This document shows positions 39,311 to 53,352 of a stretch of 64,000 nt of DNA, one piece after another. The position numbers and the translations under genes are program-made. Position 1 is the stretch's first letter. Every line of letters begins with the position of its first letter. The notes under the pieces are model-generated. The model was not told the DNA's origin, made no database searches, and worked only from the letters and a program-made list of their open reading frames with translations. Origin of the DNA: Marsupella aquatica (Eukaryota > Plantae > Marchantiophyta); contig OZ316894.1 in assembly GCA_973895155.1 (NCBI GenBank), forward strand, positions 4,984,944-5,048,943, written 5' to 3'.

Positions 39311-40479
39311 CAACTACATAAAGCAGTTTTTCATTCACTTCTCCATTTTAAATCTGCAACATGAGGGCTCAGGGTGTGAGGAGTCAGATGTATGTGACCA
39401 GACAACACAAAGGGAACCTAAGTGATGTCCCATGCACTTAGTAGATAGTGCAGACCATGCACATATGGAGAAGTGCATAAATGATGTCCCGTGCAGTTAC
39501 AGCAATGCATTCTTTGGATAAGTGTTGGCTGGTGCTGTCTTCCTGGGAGCAGTAGACATGGTTCACTGCACAGTAGTGGTGCCTCACTTGTGTGCCCCGT
39601 TGGCACAATCCTGAAGAAAAGGGTCAACATGAGCTTTAAACCACATATGCAACTAAAAAAGGGAGCATCTCCAACCAGGGTAATGCTACGGTAATGCTGC
39701 TTTGCATTACTCAGCAGGCCTGCTGACCCCATGGCAGGTAGGTTTTAGTTTTGTCTGGAAAAAGTTTTGTCACAGGGGACACTGGGCTCCTTTGTGACCA
39801 AACTTTTTCCAGACAAAACTGACCCCCTTGCTCTCTTGCTCAGAGGCAGGAACGGTTCCCCCCATCTCCTGTCTGTGCTACTGAACTCCTGATCTGGCTG
39901 TTGATTGGTGGCTAACCCTGATTCACTCCTAGCCTCAGGGTGTGTTTGTTTGAGTACTTGGGGCCCTTTGACTGGCTTCCACCACTGCGGCACTTGGTGG
40001 CAGTGTGCTCTGCCCCTTTGAGTTGTTATTTCTGAGCCCTGCTGGTTTTTATTCAGTGTGTGTACTGTTTTTAAGATTAAAAAATGAAACTGACAGGAGA
40101 ACAATATTCTGGCCTTACATAATTTTCCTTGCATGAAAACTAATGAATGTTCCTATTTTTCTTCTTTTTTTAATAGAAATGGGCAACGGTGCACCAGTTC
40201 ATTCCAGGGTTTAAGGGTTTAGGCTCATTAGAAAAAACTTCAATTAAACTTTTGGGAAATCTAACCAAACTTTTAGAATAATATTGAAATATGGAAAGCA
40301 TTTTGTCAACAAAAAGTTAAGAATGTTTCAAGCATCCTCGTGTAATTCTCGCCAACAGAGGTGGCACTACAGTAGTTAGTGTACTCTTACTCTACCCAAT
40401 TGCCATGCCATGTCTTTTGTCTGGTTCCCAACAAAAGACCCAACCACTGCGTGCTGATCAGCTTTTCAGCACATGAGCC

Positions 40480-41165
40480 GAATTCATGGAAGCTTCCGCA
40501 GTCCAGCGTATAAGGGGTCTCCCTTCCAAGACAACAGTAGGTTGACTTGTTCATAAAAAAATGCTGTCCTGTCTTCAGGAGTTTTGAAAAAAATATTGTT
40601 GATAAAGTAAGTGGGAGGGTTAAAGAAAGAGTACAGTACTTATTGAGTGAAAGAGAGTTAGAGTATCTTGTCTTGAGTATACCTTGGGTTACATTTTGAG
40701 GGGCGCTCTGTTTAGTTGCCACAAATTGATCTAAGACCCCAAAATATTGTGTTCAGTAAGTTTGAAGCTCATTGCCTTAGTCCATGGAAGCTTCTCAATC
40801 CAGCCCAGAGGTGCCCCAACAGAAACGCTGATACAATGAGGTCTCTGCTCCAAGACAACACTTGTTGAACGATTCACCAACAAAGTTATCCGATCCTATT
40901 CAAAAGTAAGTAGAGGAAAAGTACAATACTTTAAGAGTCAAAAAGAGGTCCAATAATACATGTAGACAAAACTATTTTAACTCATTTCACAAATAAATCT
41001 TATCCTATCTTATTTAATAGTATTGAAAACTTCATTGCTAAAAAGTACTTAGAAGAGAGGTTCAATACTAGCTATAGGTATAGTACATCTTGAGATCCTC
41101 GGCTACAATTTGAGGGGGGCACTCTGTTCAGTTGCCACATATTGATCTATAACCCAGAATCATGG
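40480..41165. repeat. Old direct duplication (~300-420 bp spacing)
   Basis: catggaagcttc..tccagc at ~40484 and ~40783; tcttgag..tttgagggg.c.ctctgtt.agttgccaca.attgatcta at ~40671 and ~41088. Confidence 0.65.
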
Positions 41166-41744
41166 ACACATTCTAAGAAATGAAATACAAACGTGTATAG
41201 ACGAGGTCACTACTGTCTGGCTGAGATTCTCATGTGACTCGTCCTATGAGTCTAGAGGAAAGAGAAGAAATAATTATACATTTTAGCAAAAGCTTACTAC
41301 AGGTTAGTTCCCTGTAGTTCTCATTATAAAGTTCACAGGTTCAGGATTAAGCTTAAGCTCTGCAAAAGGTGGTGAGCGCTCCACCTTTTATGGTAAAACA
41401 CTGTTCCCACCACAGGACAGGAATGAGGAGTAGCCAGGGAGGGAATGAAACTTTCATGTGGGCAGGCAGGGTTTAAGAAACAAAGACAATTATGGATAAA
41501 CCTTGCTGATGACTCTCTACTCTTCTATGGCAAGAAGTACAACCATCATACTTCTATGGCAAACTTTAAAAATATACACTCCTACTAACCAGTACATAGT
41601 ATTGGACTGGAAGGAAATAAATTATTCATTGCATTGTTGAAAGGAATTCTGCAAGTAAGCCCAATCAATATTGATACCTGTATGATTCCATGACAAAAAC
41701 AGTGAAAGAAAGCCACAAAGTCCAACTCTTATTTCTTGCTGGTT

Positions 41745-41796
41745 CTTTTTTTCTTTTTTCTTTTTTTTTTCTTTTTTTGGGGGGGGGGGGGGGGGG
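41745..41796. repeat. T-rich run followed by a poly-G homopolymer
   Basis: Read directly from the sequence. Confidence 0.9.
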
Positions 41797-43534
41797 TGCT
41801 GCTTCTTCTATACTCTCCTCTAGGAAGACAATGATTGTATTAACTAGCCTGAATACTGATGTGCATGTACAGGAAGTGCTCCTTTTGTCCTTTCCTCGAG
41901 AAAGAATGATTGAAAGAAACTAGCCCAAATACATGTGCCTTTGCACAAGAAGGGCTCCACATACCCTGCCTCCTCATGCCCATCCTACTCAAAGCATAAT
42001 TTAAATCAGAATTTGCTCTTACCAAAGAAATGAAGGCCTATGCCTTTAATGTCCAGAGTAGGCCTTGAATGGTGAACTTCAATTGTAAATTATAGTATAG
42101 ACATGAATATATACCTCACTTCGATAACAAGAGATAGAAAACATCTTAGAAAATTTGTTATGAGTTGCATCTTGCTTGATTTCCAAATTGTAGTGCAAAT
42201 AGGAGAGCAAAGAAACCCTGTCCCAGTGGTTAAAATTTAAGAGGTACACAAGTTCTTTTGATTTTATGATTTAAGGGAACAAATGCCCACACCAACCATA
42301 TCGTTTGAGAAACAAGAAGTACCACCATAGCTTGGATTACCATCCTTCAATGATACTTTTTACTCGAACAATACCTTTTCTTTGTAAGAGCATTCCCACC
42401 AGTGGCCTTTGTTCATGTCCAGCATCCGGCAGACTATGGAGTCCTTTGTGGCAGCCGGGGCTCCGGGAGAGAACTGTCTGGGCTGGATGGACTCCCCACC
42501 CATACCCTCCGCATGTTCCACTCAGTCCTTTTGACAGCACAGCACCACAGAAGGTCCAACATCATCAATGGCCAACCTCATTCCCTCTCAGGCACCATTC
42601 AAAAATCAGAACTGATCAGTCAGGATGGCTTGTCCAGCTGCTTCTGGAGCCCAACACTGCCAGCCAGCAGAGAAAATTCAGCTGGGCCGGCACTTGACTT
42701 TGGTGATAGAGAGGCAGAGTGGTATTCATTCTTGTGAGCGCCATTTTCACAGCGGACCATCCTATTTCCAGACCCCTGAGAACCTCTGAGAATGCTCATA
42801 TGTTTGGGTGTCAAAGGTTGGTCAGTTAATCTGGGTCCCTAAGTCAAACATTTTATTTCATCCAGGCATCAACTTCCTCATTTGTACTCAGGAATACATG
42901 TGTACATATTCTCCAAAGACATTTCAGCTCAATTCTGCTCTGGACACACCCTACCATCTTACTCTGACTTACCATGCTCCTGACTGAATGACCATGTCCT
43001 AAAATATTGGACTGCTAGCCAGGTTCGTAAGTTATTACTACGAAGACAATACACCCATCAACTTCTTCCAATAACTATCCCATGACAGGAAAAGCAATGG
43101 CGAACTGAACCGGTTTAGAGATTTCACACACCCTATTGTTGCAAACTTATTACTGGACTTCCATCATCTCCACCTCCCTACCATCCTGCCAACTGGGCTA
43201 AAACATTTCCACAGACAACCTTCAGTTGTGATATATTGAGCACAACACTGACTGTGGAGACATTGCAGCTATGTCAATGGGCACAAAACCTCACTAGAGT
43301 GAACCCCACTCAACCCAACTTGCCTAACTAGTACAGACCACATACAAACTGATCTATGGTAGGACCTCGGGAAAACATCATTATGACAGAGGCAGAAAAT
43401 TCAGCCAATCTCTGGATTAGAAGAAAGGATTCACAGAGACCAAAGTTAAGTTTATTCACATCTTCCCTTGTGCAAGAGAAATTCGGAAGAACTCACACTT
43501 CCATGATCACCAATACTTCTGCTCCCAAAGAAGC

Positions 43535-46364
43535 TTATTTGAAGAATGTTTCTATCACAAGCTTTTTCAAGGTCTCAAAAGTGCTAGTAAATGGATTGAG
43601 TTGCAACCCTGATCTTGAAAGCTCCAGCGTTGGGAAGACATTTGTCATGGCTTCCTCCATCCCGGGCCCTGACATCATTCTTTCCAACTGAGGCAGGGAC
43701 ATCTCCTGGCAATCCTGAGGAGTGTCTTTTATGAGCTCAGGATTATATCCTATATCTTTTAACTCATTTTTGTATCTCGAAATGAACTCTGGACCTGGAT
43801 TCGGTGTCCTGGAATAAATCTGGCCAGCAAAACAAAAGCATGAATAGATTAGTCTACTGAATTACCAGTTCAGTCATCTATGGTCTTTCATAACAGCAGA
43901 GGACTTACTACGAAGGTCAGAATCTCATGCATTCCACGCAGTTCATATGAGAACATATAATTCACATCCTGCCATTAAAAGGGTAAAACTTCTCTTTGAG
44001 GTTAGCTTTGAATTGTGAATTAAAGCCAGTGTATGACTTCTTGCAAGTTTCTATTGTCCAATTTCTATTCCAAACTGAATTTCATGTGCTTACTTCATCA
44101 ATCAGCATGGCCGAAGCAGAGAAAGTACATACCTGAACGAAGCTCGTGTCCCTCGCACCTGAGACGAGTGCAAAGTTGTCATAATCTGTATTAAGAACGT
44201 TGTAGGGTTGTTTAGGGATGAAAGGAAGGCTGGGAAATCTCAAAAAGCACTTCTGCTGTATCATCTGCTTTCGCTCAAAGTCAGACTGGAGCTTGGAAAG
44301 CTCCTCATCTGAGACACACTGGACCTTGCCACGAATGCCTGTGATGTACCCCGTCGGACTCCCGTGGATACAAATGGTGTCGACCTTTATCGCTCGGTTC
44401 TCCTCATCAAAAGTGTACACGCCCTGCTTGATATCCACATGATGGCAACAAGTTTGTCAAGTCAAGGTGTCTACCTTCCTTCCGGACCTACTTGAAGTCA
44501 AGTCCACCATCAAACATTCCTCTGCTTCTTCACATGAGGAGAATGGACAACAAGTCAGCAGTCCGTTCTACTGGTTGGTGACGAGAGCAAACCCACTGAG
44601 AAAACTGCACACTAGTTAGAGTAACATGAGTAGGTCTGTTTTCCTTTAGGCATTTACTTCGAGAACGAGAACAGTCTTCATGGTTGCAATAAAAGAAGAT
44701 TGAATCAAAAAGCCCATTGAGAGTAAAGTACGTTGGGTACGTGGTGTTGAACCCCACTGAAAAGCACCAAGAAACCGTTACTTCACAAAGAACGGTGAGG
44801 GGAAGAAGAAAGAGGATTCACCTGTGTGCAATGACAGTCACCTTGTCCTTGACCGGAAAATCCCAGCTTCAAAGATGCTACTTCAAACCACCGCCCACTG
44901 TACCGAGCAGGGTTGAAGTTCTTCATAGTCATTCCTCCCATCACGAGGGGCATCGATGATCCGTCCTCCTCAAATGCGTTCTCTCCAGCGTCCAATTTCA
45001 ACACCCCACTAAGCTGTGGAATGGCAGCCACAGTGCACATACTGCCAGCCTCTGAGTAGAGATCCTCAGCTGTCGCCTGCCTCCAACCAGGATTCATCCA
45101 CTCTTAGAGATCACCTTTTTTTTTACACAGACGGCTCTTCGAATCTAATGCCGCGAGGTTATCTCAAGCGAAAGCAAAGCCATTGCACAGTCAGGCAGCT
45201 AAACGGCAGATGAGAAGTGCACTTCAAGGGTTTGCTTTTCATCCTCCAGCCATATCTCACATCTCTGTTCTAGCTAGTGAATGGCTTAGGAAATTACACC
45301 CGCGAAGGGAACCAGCTTAGAATATTCTCAACATCAAGCTCCTAGCCCATCAATTAGAGTGTGTTATCTAAGAATTTCAACTGCAATATCAAATTTCTTC
45401 CCCTTCAATTGATTTCTCATATCTGTATAATTACTTTTTCGCCAAACCAGATCTTTGCAAATTGTCAATACCAAGCTCCTTGCCTATCGATTGCCTGCCT
45501 TGTCTCAAGGTTTCAGTTATAACATCAAACTTCCTCCCCTGACAATATTCCTCTAACCCATTATTGCAGGTTTCTCTTCTCTTCATGTCCAAGACTTATT
45601 TGTGCAGATCTTTCTACCACAATCATACCTCCTCTTCTCTCATTTCTTTTAACAACGCTCTGATAAACGAGATTCTTCAATACACATTCAACTCTGTCTT
45701 CGTGGAAAATGTAAATTTGCGGCATTCCTATTGTCGCTAGTCTCAGCCATCTGAATTCCGTCAGGATCATCCCCACGCCCGGAAAGAGGTGGAAAGCCAC
45801 GGGAAGAAAAATTGATGTCAAGAAGTACCTGAGAGGTAGAAGTTAGAAGCACAGCGGCAGCCATTGATGCAACAGCTAGACATTGCACAGGCTTCCCAAC
45901 TCTGCTCACTGTCTCGTCCTGGGATTCTTCATGTGAGCATTTCACTCTCATGAGCCCGCTTGCGAAAGTGTGTTCCTTGTCTCTGCATAACGATGAAAGT
46001 ACTGCCAAACTCATGAAATTGGAGAACTTTGTATGAACCACATCAAGATGACAAGAAAAAAATTGGCATGCTACAAAACTTGGATTCATTTTCCTGCCCA
46101 CATGATATGTGAAAGAAACTATTTCACTGAATCAATTAGTTTACCGCGATGAGCACAATTGCCAGAGCGTGAGACAGCCATGGTGACATTTCCCAGTCCA
46201 TCCTCCCATTATTGAGGTCCAGAAGAACCATAGCTAAGCAGAAATGTAGACGAGGCTGACGACATGTCTGTCACTCACGTGAAGCTCGAGCAAGAGGTTG
46301 TATGCCGTGCAGTCCGCAACAAAAAGGGAGTAGTCAGAGCCCCCAAGCTACTCAAGGTTGCCAT
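43535..46364 (-). CDS. CHL: Chloroplastic (thylakoid-lumen) lipocalin. Exons: 46364-46279, 45982-45829, 45076-44822, 44423-44133, 43819-43535
   Basis: Ser/Thr-rich transit peptide MATLSSLGALTTPFLLRTARH; hydrophobic lumen signal ending S-Q-A-T-A; GMTMKNFNPARYSGRWFEVASLKLGFSGQGQGDCHCTQGVY, KCFLRFPSLPFIPKQPYNVLNTDYDNFALVSGA, QIYSRTPNPGPEFI. Junction phases are consistent. Confidence 0.93.
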
Positions 46365-47447
46365 ATCTTGTTCTCTCGACAATTCCCAATCACTCCAATT
46401 AACTGAACTGAGCTGATCGACCGGGTGAAGATGCTGCTCTCTTTTCTATTCAGTACCAAGAAGTACCCCCGATTGCTACTGAACATGGATCATTGAGCTG
46501 CAGCTGGCCATAACTTCCTCTAGAACAAATCTTCTTCAAGATCTTACTCATAATCGTCTCTCCAGCTAAAATGCCGGTCGAAGGAGTTCTGATTGGAAGC
46601 CCACAACTTCGGTGATCTGAGGATTGGTATCGGTTCCACAATTAATCCTAGATCACCGGCATTCTGAGCTTTACATCAACGTTACAAGCTCGCATTGTCC
46701 ACCAGAAGAATGTTCAACACGAGCCGGTGGGTCTTGCCAGAAAGAGATGAGCGAAGAATTTGCAGTCGCACAAACAGTATTGGATCATTTTCGGATACGA
46801 GGCATTTTCTATTGACGGCAAACTCAGGCAACAATCCAATCCAGGTTCAGGCTCAGGCTCCTAGCGAGCTAATCCTCATCAGCTGGGTGCAGATGAGGGA
46901 GATTCCAGAATCATTTGGTGGGCTCTTACTTGATGGGTCATTTCATAATCATAATGGCAAGAGTAGTAGAGTACCCCTCCTCCTGGCATCTGGCAAGTAC
47001 TGTAGGTGGATCGAACCCGACAGCATAAACTAGCGTAGTTTGGTTAGTTAGCCAAAAAAAATGGGGTCTGGTGCACATCAAAATATGACATATACAATGT
47101 AACACATACCTTTATACCATGATAAATCGGGTTATTTTCTTTAAATCAATGAATGCACACCATATATTATCACATTTTGATGTGTGATTATGGGTAGGGA
47201 AAAAATGTTTGGTGTACTTTTTCCAGGTATTTAGTTCACACTAGCCCAAACATCTGTTGGAAGCCTACTTCAACAAAAAACAGGTCCTAAAATTAGTTGT
47301 TGGACCCCTTACTTATGTTTGCTTTAATACTTGTAGGGACACTTGTGCATCTAATTTTTCACCATACTTCCTACACTGTTCAACTAGCTCTTCATTGTTA
47401 TTGGTCTTATCATAAAATTAGTCCTAAGTATATGTTTATAACCCTAA

Positions 47448-47880
47448 CTAGCCCAATGCCCGTGCGTTGCATGAAAGATGTCGAGGTGACAATAGATGTC
47501 GAGGAGATAAATGATATCAAAGTGAACAAAAGATGTCGAGGTGATAAAAGATGTCGAGGAGAGAAAAGTTGTCAAGGTGAGCAAAGATCTCAAGGTGAGC
47601 AAAAGATGTCAAGGAGATAAAAGATGTCCAGCTGCAGGTGATAAAAAAGGTTGAGTCCGAGATAAAAGCTTTCAAGGTAAGCAAAAGATGTTGAGGAGAG
47701 AAATAGATGTTGAGATGAGAAAAAGATTTCAAGGAGAAAAAATATGTCAAGGTGAGCAAAAAATGTTGAGGTGATAAAAGATGTCGGGAGAGAAAATTTG
47801 TCCAGGTGAGAAAACATGTCAAAGAGAAAAATATATGTTGAAATGAGAAAAAAAATTGAGGAGAGAAAAGATGTAGATGT
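47448..47880 (-). mobile_element. Helitron 3' end followed by a ~19-20 bp minisatellite; similar repeats resume at ~49830-50050
   Basis: A|CTAG-cccaat-GCCCGTGCGTTGCA is the reverse complement of the typical Helitron hairpin plus CTAG|T terminus, with the second hairpin arm decayed. About 20 copies of aaagatgtc.agg(t/a)ga follow. Confidence 0.6.
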
Positions 47881-47883
47881 GAG

Positions 47884-49730
47884 TGTGAGATGGTACTTAT
47901 TTCTTAAAGAGAGAAAAGAAGAAAAGTCTTGAAATTTTTACTGTTTAAATGTTTATAATCCTACTTTAGAGACATCCAATGCAACTTTGAGACAATTAAG
48001 GAAGCTTAACTAGAAATCGTTGTGTTCTAAATTTTAGTCCGAAACATTGAGGCTGGTTCAAAATGGCAAAAACTGGTTCAACCTCCCTAATCCATTTGGA
48101 AGACTTCCTGATGTTTTCAATCCAAGATATTTTTATGAGAGAATGACATCACACCAAAGATCTGAAGAGTAAAACCATAAGTTTAGAATAGACTCATAGT
48201 CTAACCAAGAGACCAAAGGAGGTTGAACCGGCCAGAACCCGATTGAACCGGAAACTGAACCGGCTTGAACATACCACCCGGTAGTAAATTGACCATAACA
48301 CTCAAACCATTTATTGAAATCAAAATCTGTAAAGTGTGTTGGAAAGCTCTTTCCAAGGCGGTTAAGATGTATATAAAGAAGTCTGAAAATGGATTCGAAA
48401 TGACCCACTTAATATTATGAGACTCCAACCGGTGCAACCAAGAGATATCTGAGATTTCCGAACAAAGAATGTAATGAAGATTTTGAAGTGACACTTCCAT
48501 ATAAGACTTCCATATAAGACCTTCAAGATAACTCTGGACCAATAGGAAGTATGATCCATAGCAATGGACCTTGACCAATCAAAATGGTTAACTAAGTATG
48601 AAAGGATACTATGAAAAGATGTACCCATTCATTTGAAGATGAAGAGATTCCATCATCATTGTGATTACTCTTGCACTCCTACATTTTACCTACACCAATG
48701 AACCGGATTCTGTTTTTATTTCCAAAGGAGGTTGAACCGGAAATAGGTTTTTAGCCTTCGTTTTGACCATTTTTCATATTTTGTAGGAAATGAAGGAAGA
48801 GATATGCTCTCCTCTTTCACATAGTTTAGTTATTTTTACCTAGTAAACCTGATTAGTTTTGATATAATGAAAAGGCATGTCTTTTCTTAAGTGTTTTCTC
48901 AAGGGGATCTCTCTTATATATAAGAGAGAGTTTCCTCCTTGAACCTTAGACTTAGGCTTAATATGATTTTCATGAAATTATCTTTCAACCTTAAGTCTCC
49001 TTCTCTTTGAAGTAATAAATCAATGAGAAGTATACTCTAGTTTTTGGTAATCTATGGTTTGTGATTCAACATTAGTGTGCGATTATCCTTTACTGGAAGA
49101 AGCTATTTGATGTGACTAGTAATGCTGGGTTGACCCGTAGGCTGACTGGAAACGCATGCATGAGATCATGCAAAAGCCTATTGATTCGTGTTGACTATAG
49201 AGCTCTTATATTCAATGAGGAGCTGATACAAATTCACCACTAGAATTCCACAAATTGTATAGATCCAAAAGAGCAATCTGATGGATTGAATAAAAGAATA
49301 AGTTGGTTCAGAGTGATTAGTACCACCTTGCTTTGACATAGGTCAGAAAATCAATACGGGCTATCTTATGCTAATCTTTTATAAATTTCTAAGATGGCTG
49401 GTTTGAAGAGGATATGTAGGCATCAGTTTTACATGAGTTTTTACACCGATGATTCTTAATGTACTACCGCTGGCCATAAGTTGCTATGTAGTGATAGGGT
49501 GTATTTCCATCTATAACTCGCTTTCTATCAGTTTTCACGCCGCTGGTTTTTGGTTTTGTTTAGTTCTTTTAATCTTTTGATTGCACTATGGACGATACAA
49601 ACGTCATACCTTTCATGGAAGTATCATAAAATTCCTTCCATAAACCTGAGCATGTTAATAAGGCTTGTAACCTGAGTATGTTACTCAAAAGTACTCAAAA
49701 GTATCATAACACAATCTTTTAGGTCTCACA
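47884..49730. mobile_element. Probable solo LTR inserted into the Helitron repeat array
   Basis: TGTGAGA...TCTCACA inverted termini; repeated (t)gaaccgg motifs; TATATAA at ~48917; interrupts the aaagatgt repeat family. No TSD seen. Confidence 0.45.
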
Positions 49731-51699
49731 AACTCTTAACGGGAACGAATCTAGTCTATTAAAGAGAAGAGTAGTTACTCTTACTCTAAACCCTACTCTA
49801 TAGTGAGTGGAGGACATAAATACATTTTGAGTAAGCAAAAGATGTTTAGGCGATGCAAAGATGTCAAGGAAAAAAAGACAAAAATGTTTATGCAAATTTA
49901 AATGTATGTTGCATTGAGGCAAAGATTTGGGGTGATGTGAACATTTTGAGTCAAGGCAAAGAAATGCAAAAAGATGCAAGTGAGCCAAAGAAATGTAGAT
50001 ATTAATGCAAATTAATGCAAGCCAGGCAAGAAGAAAGTTGTTTAGACATCTCATATGTTGTTGCTAACATGTAGTCATTATGACGACGCAATCACTCTGG
50101 TCATGAGGGTGTTGTGGCTAAGCTGTTTTGCGGCCATGTTGTTGCCAAGCCCGGTGCCAAAGCATTGCATAGATACATTGAGGCAAGGTAAAGAACAGTT
50201 GATTACAAAGCTAGGGTTTTTAGGTGGATCAAACTAAAAATATTGGATTTTCCATAATTCTTTTCTGCCCATTTCATGTGAAAAGTGTTGTCAATGAGCA
50301 GATCTTGTTCAAAATAGCACATGAAATTATGTAATCAAATGATGTAATTGAAGTCAACACAAAAATATGGGATAAGGCGCAAATGGGTGAGGAGAGTCCA
50401 TGGGCCAGAGTTGGGGCAAGAAATCTTTATTGTTAATGATACAAAAGATGGAACAAAAGACTAGACAAAAGTTGCAAGTGGGGGCAAAGAGATGGGCTCC
50501 CAACTGGGGAAAGAATTAGGGCAAAAGCGAGACTAATAGAGATGAGGGGCCATGTCAAGCAAGACATGTCTTGTGGTCAGAAAAAAGATGTTGGGAGTGT
50601 TATCTTCTTTGCCTTCATTAAAGATGCATTTTTTGAAAAGATTTTCAAAGAGAATGTCAGTTGGAGGCCTGGTTTGAGGTATAGATGGAATAACAAATTT
50701 GGGACCTGTCCAATTTTCTACAAAACATAAAAATAAAATATAATCAAAACATGTAAAAACAGTTGAATTTGCTTTTGCATTTTTATTTTATTTTGGAATA
50801 AGATGTTGTTTTGTTGTGAGAACTATATTGTTGGGGAGAGCAAGGATGTGGGAGGGTAAGAGGGAGTGCAAGAGAGATGATGGATCCCAGGTGCTTTGAT
50901 ACTATTGGGAGAGGAATATTTAAATTTTTTCTCTCCCCCTTTTTCCTATTTGTTCACTCCTATGCCACTCCATTCCTCCTTGTTTTTCTTACATTGGCAC
51001 CATTAAATAAATTGAAAAAAATACAGAGAAGAAAAAAAGGAGCAAAATTAACCTATTTTCCTTCCTTCTAGAGTCTCATATACTATGCAAAAACCCCAAA
51101 ATTTATCATGCCCCGAAACATCTCCTTCCATTCGTATGTACTTTCATACTTGAAAAGAAAAAAAACTCATTTAAGATGATGTCACATAAGTATCATCTCA
51201 TATACTTTGTATTTATTATTAAAATGAGCATATCATTTGACATACCTGGTCAATCAATCCAAGAGCAAAAAAAAACCTTTGAAAAAATCTGACTGCTCAG
51301 GTTTGTTCACTCCATTTCTGAATTTGGAAGGAGAGGAATTTTTTTTGGCCGCATTGCATGTTATAGAAGTAGATTTAAGAGTGGAGCAGATTTGAATAAA
51401 AAATAACACACATTGTGGTGGATTTTTGGGCTAAGATTATTTTGGTTTGAGATTCCATGAACTAAAAGGATTCACAGTTGTCAACTCCTACTCCTCATTC
51501 CTGTTGCCATTTTTTGGCAAATAGTGTAACCCTTTTGAGGCTCTGTTTGCTAGGTGTAACTCTTCTTTTTTTAGTGATCTAGGGTACATGAAACAATCAC
51601 TGAGGGAGCAATGTCGTTGTATCTACGCATTTTAAAATTCCATTGCTTTAAGGAAACATTCCTGTTTGAAACATGTCTCCCTTGGTTGTTTCAATTGAT

Positions 51700-51982
51700 T
51701 TTGCTTGGGGACTACCAAACTCTCCAAATAGTGCCATGCACAAACTGAATTAATATCACCCTTACTCTCGTTATGCACAAACTGAATTAGTATTACAATT
51801 ACTCTCCAAATAAAGTAATCCCCAAATTGAATTAGTATTACACTAATATTATTGAAGGAGCGAGCACACTCTTAGTGTTGTAAGTAACTAACATCTGTAC
51901 TGTTAATTGAAGACTAAACCCATAAATTTAGGGTATTCAAATAGTGTTAATTTAACAAGACGAATTGCGGTGACTAACAGTG
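51700..51982. mobile_element. Partial or divergent copy of the CACTG/TA element family
   Basis: gaattagtattac repeats; ends aattgcggtgactaaCAGTG followed by TA. Confidence 0.45.
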
Positions 51983-53352
51983 TAGTTCTGTAGATGCGAG
52001 GTGGAACATGGACAAAGCTTGTATTCACGCAAATTTTCCCATAAACCCTGAGCCAAGGCTTTACTACTGTACTGATTGCGTCTCGGGTCCAGGCGTATTG
52101 ATGCGGCCAAAGCCCACACGACATTCATTTCTTCGGTTTATGTCTCATCAATCTGTCTTCTCACGCTCTCTCGCATGACCTCTGGTGGGTCACTGACTGT
52201 CAAATGAATTCGGAGAGAGGCAAACGAAGAAGCAGAGAAGAGAAGGACGTCAATCAGCCACTGTAGGGTGGACGGCAATCTTCTGAACTCATTGAGAGAT
52301 CATGTGGGTTGTGATGGCAGCTGCGTTTGCATGCTGCATCGAATGGCGGCACTCGGAGCTCGGCTAACTGACAGGCACTGGGGAGGTGCTTCGTTCATCT
52401 TCTTCTTCTGCAGAGGGAGGACGCCAGGTGTGCTACCCTTATCGCTCTCCTCTGCTCTCCCCCATTTTGGCTCCTGATTTTGACTTTTTAGAAGACGTTA
52501 TGAAAATTAGCCTGGCATATAGTACTTATTGGAAATTAGGGTGTGCTGAGGGGTCCTTTAACGAGGTGGTCTCTGGGATAGTGTGAAGATGAAGGTTTGT
52601 TAGATCTGGATTTTCAGGAAGTAGAAGACTAAATTGCCACGCAGACTACGGAACGGGAAAGCTCGATGTAGGTCAGGAGTAAGTTTAGAGCAGTTTTCTA
52701 GTAACAATAGTTGGGTTCGTGTTACGGTGGACGGGATGATCGTAGAGTGGAGTAGTATGCAATCGCCAAAAATGTGCGTGACCTTATAACGGAAGTTTAT
52801 GATTCTCTAAGGATTACGGTGTTCGAAGGTCACGTTGCAACCAACATTCTACAGAAGGAACAATGTTTGTCCATACCACTGGGCAAATTTCGGAGACCCA
52901 CCGTAGGCAGATTCTTGAGCTCAATTTCCTCTTCTTTGTTCTCGTAGTTCATGAAAAGCCTGTTTGCTCACTATCTTGTGGCATTTGTTCAGCTCCACTT
53001 TAATGTTTGAGGCTCTGATACCTCCTGTCAATTTCTAGGCTTAGTGACTCTGTTGTGAACACCACAAAATCCTTGTTCTTGATTCTGAGGACGACTGTAG
53101 TCGATATCTATTGCTGAATGTAGGCTGTGAGACAGTTTCTTTGGGATTGCAAAAATGTTCCATATCCGCTCTTGGAACATGTCTAGATATGCTTAAGCCA
53201 TGTAGTATTCTCTTTACTAGTCACCATGGACGTCATCATTCATGCACTGTTCACTTTCTATGAGTAACAGATGTACGATCGGCATATATGTTGAATGAGT
53301 CCCTTGCTTGTGTGCTATTTTTCAAAAGACCTGTGTCCTTTTTGGCTGCAGG

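Noticed and set aside
42305-42814. Overlapping 110-130 aa ORFs downstream of CHL
   Set aside because: No recognisable motifs or exon chain; likely non-coding.
45688-46101. 137-aa ORF as the CHL start
   Set aside because: Only 45982-45829 is exonic. A better transit-peptide exon with a GTGAGT donor and matching phase starts at 46364.
199-46364. Functional cluster of isoprenoid and lipid-protection genes (VTE1, CFB-like, HMGCL, CHL)
   Set aside because: Different pathways and compartments, interspersed with unrelated genes and TEs. Coincidence is sufficient without synteny or co-expression data.
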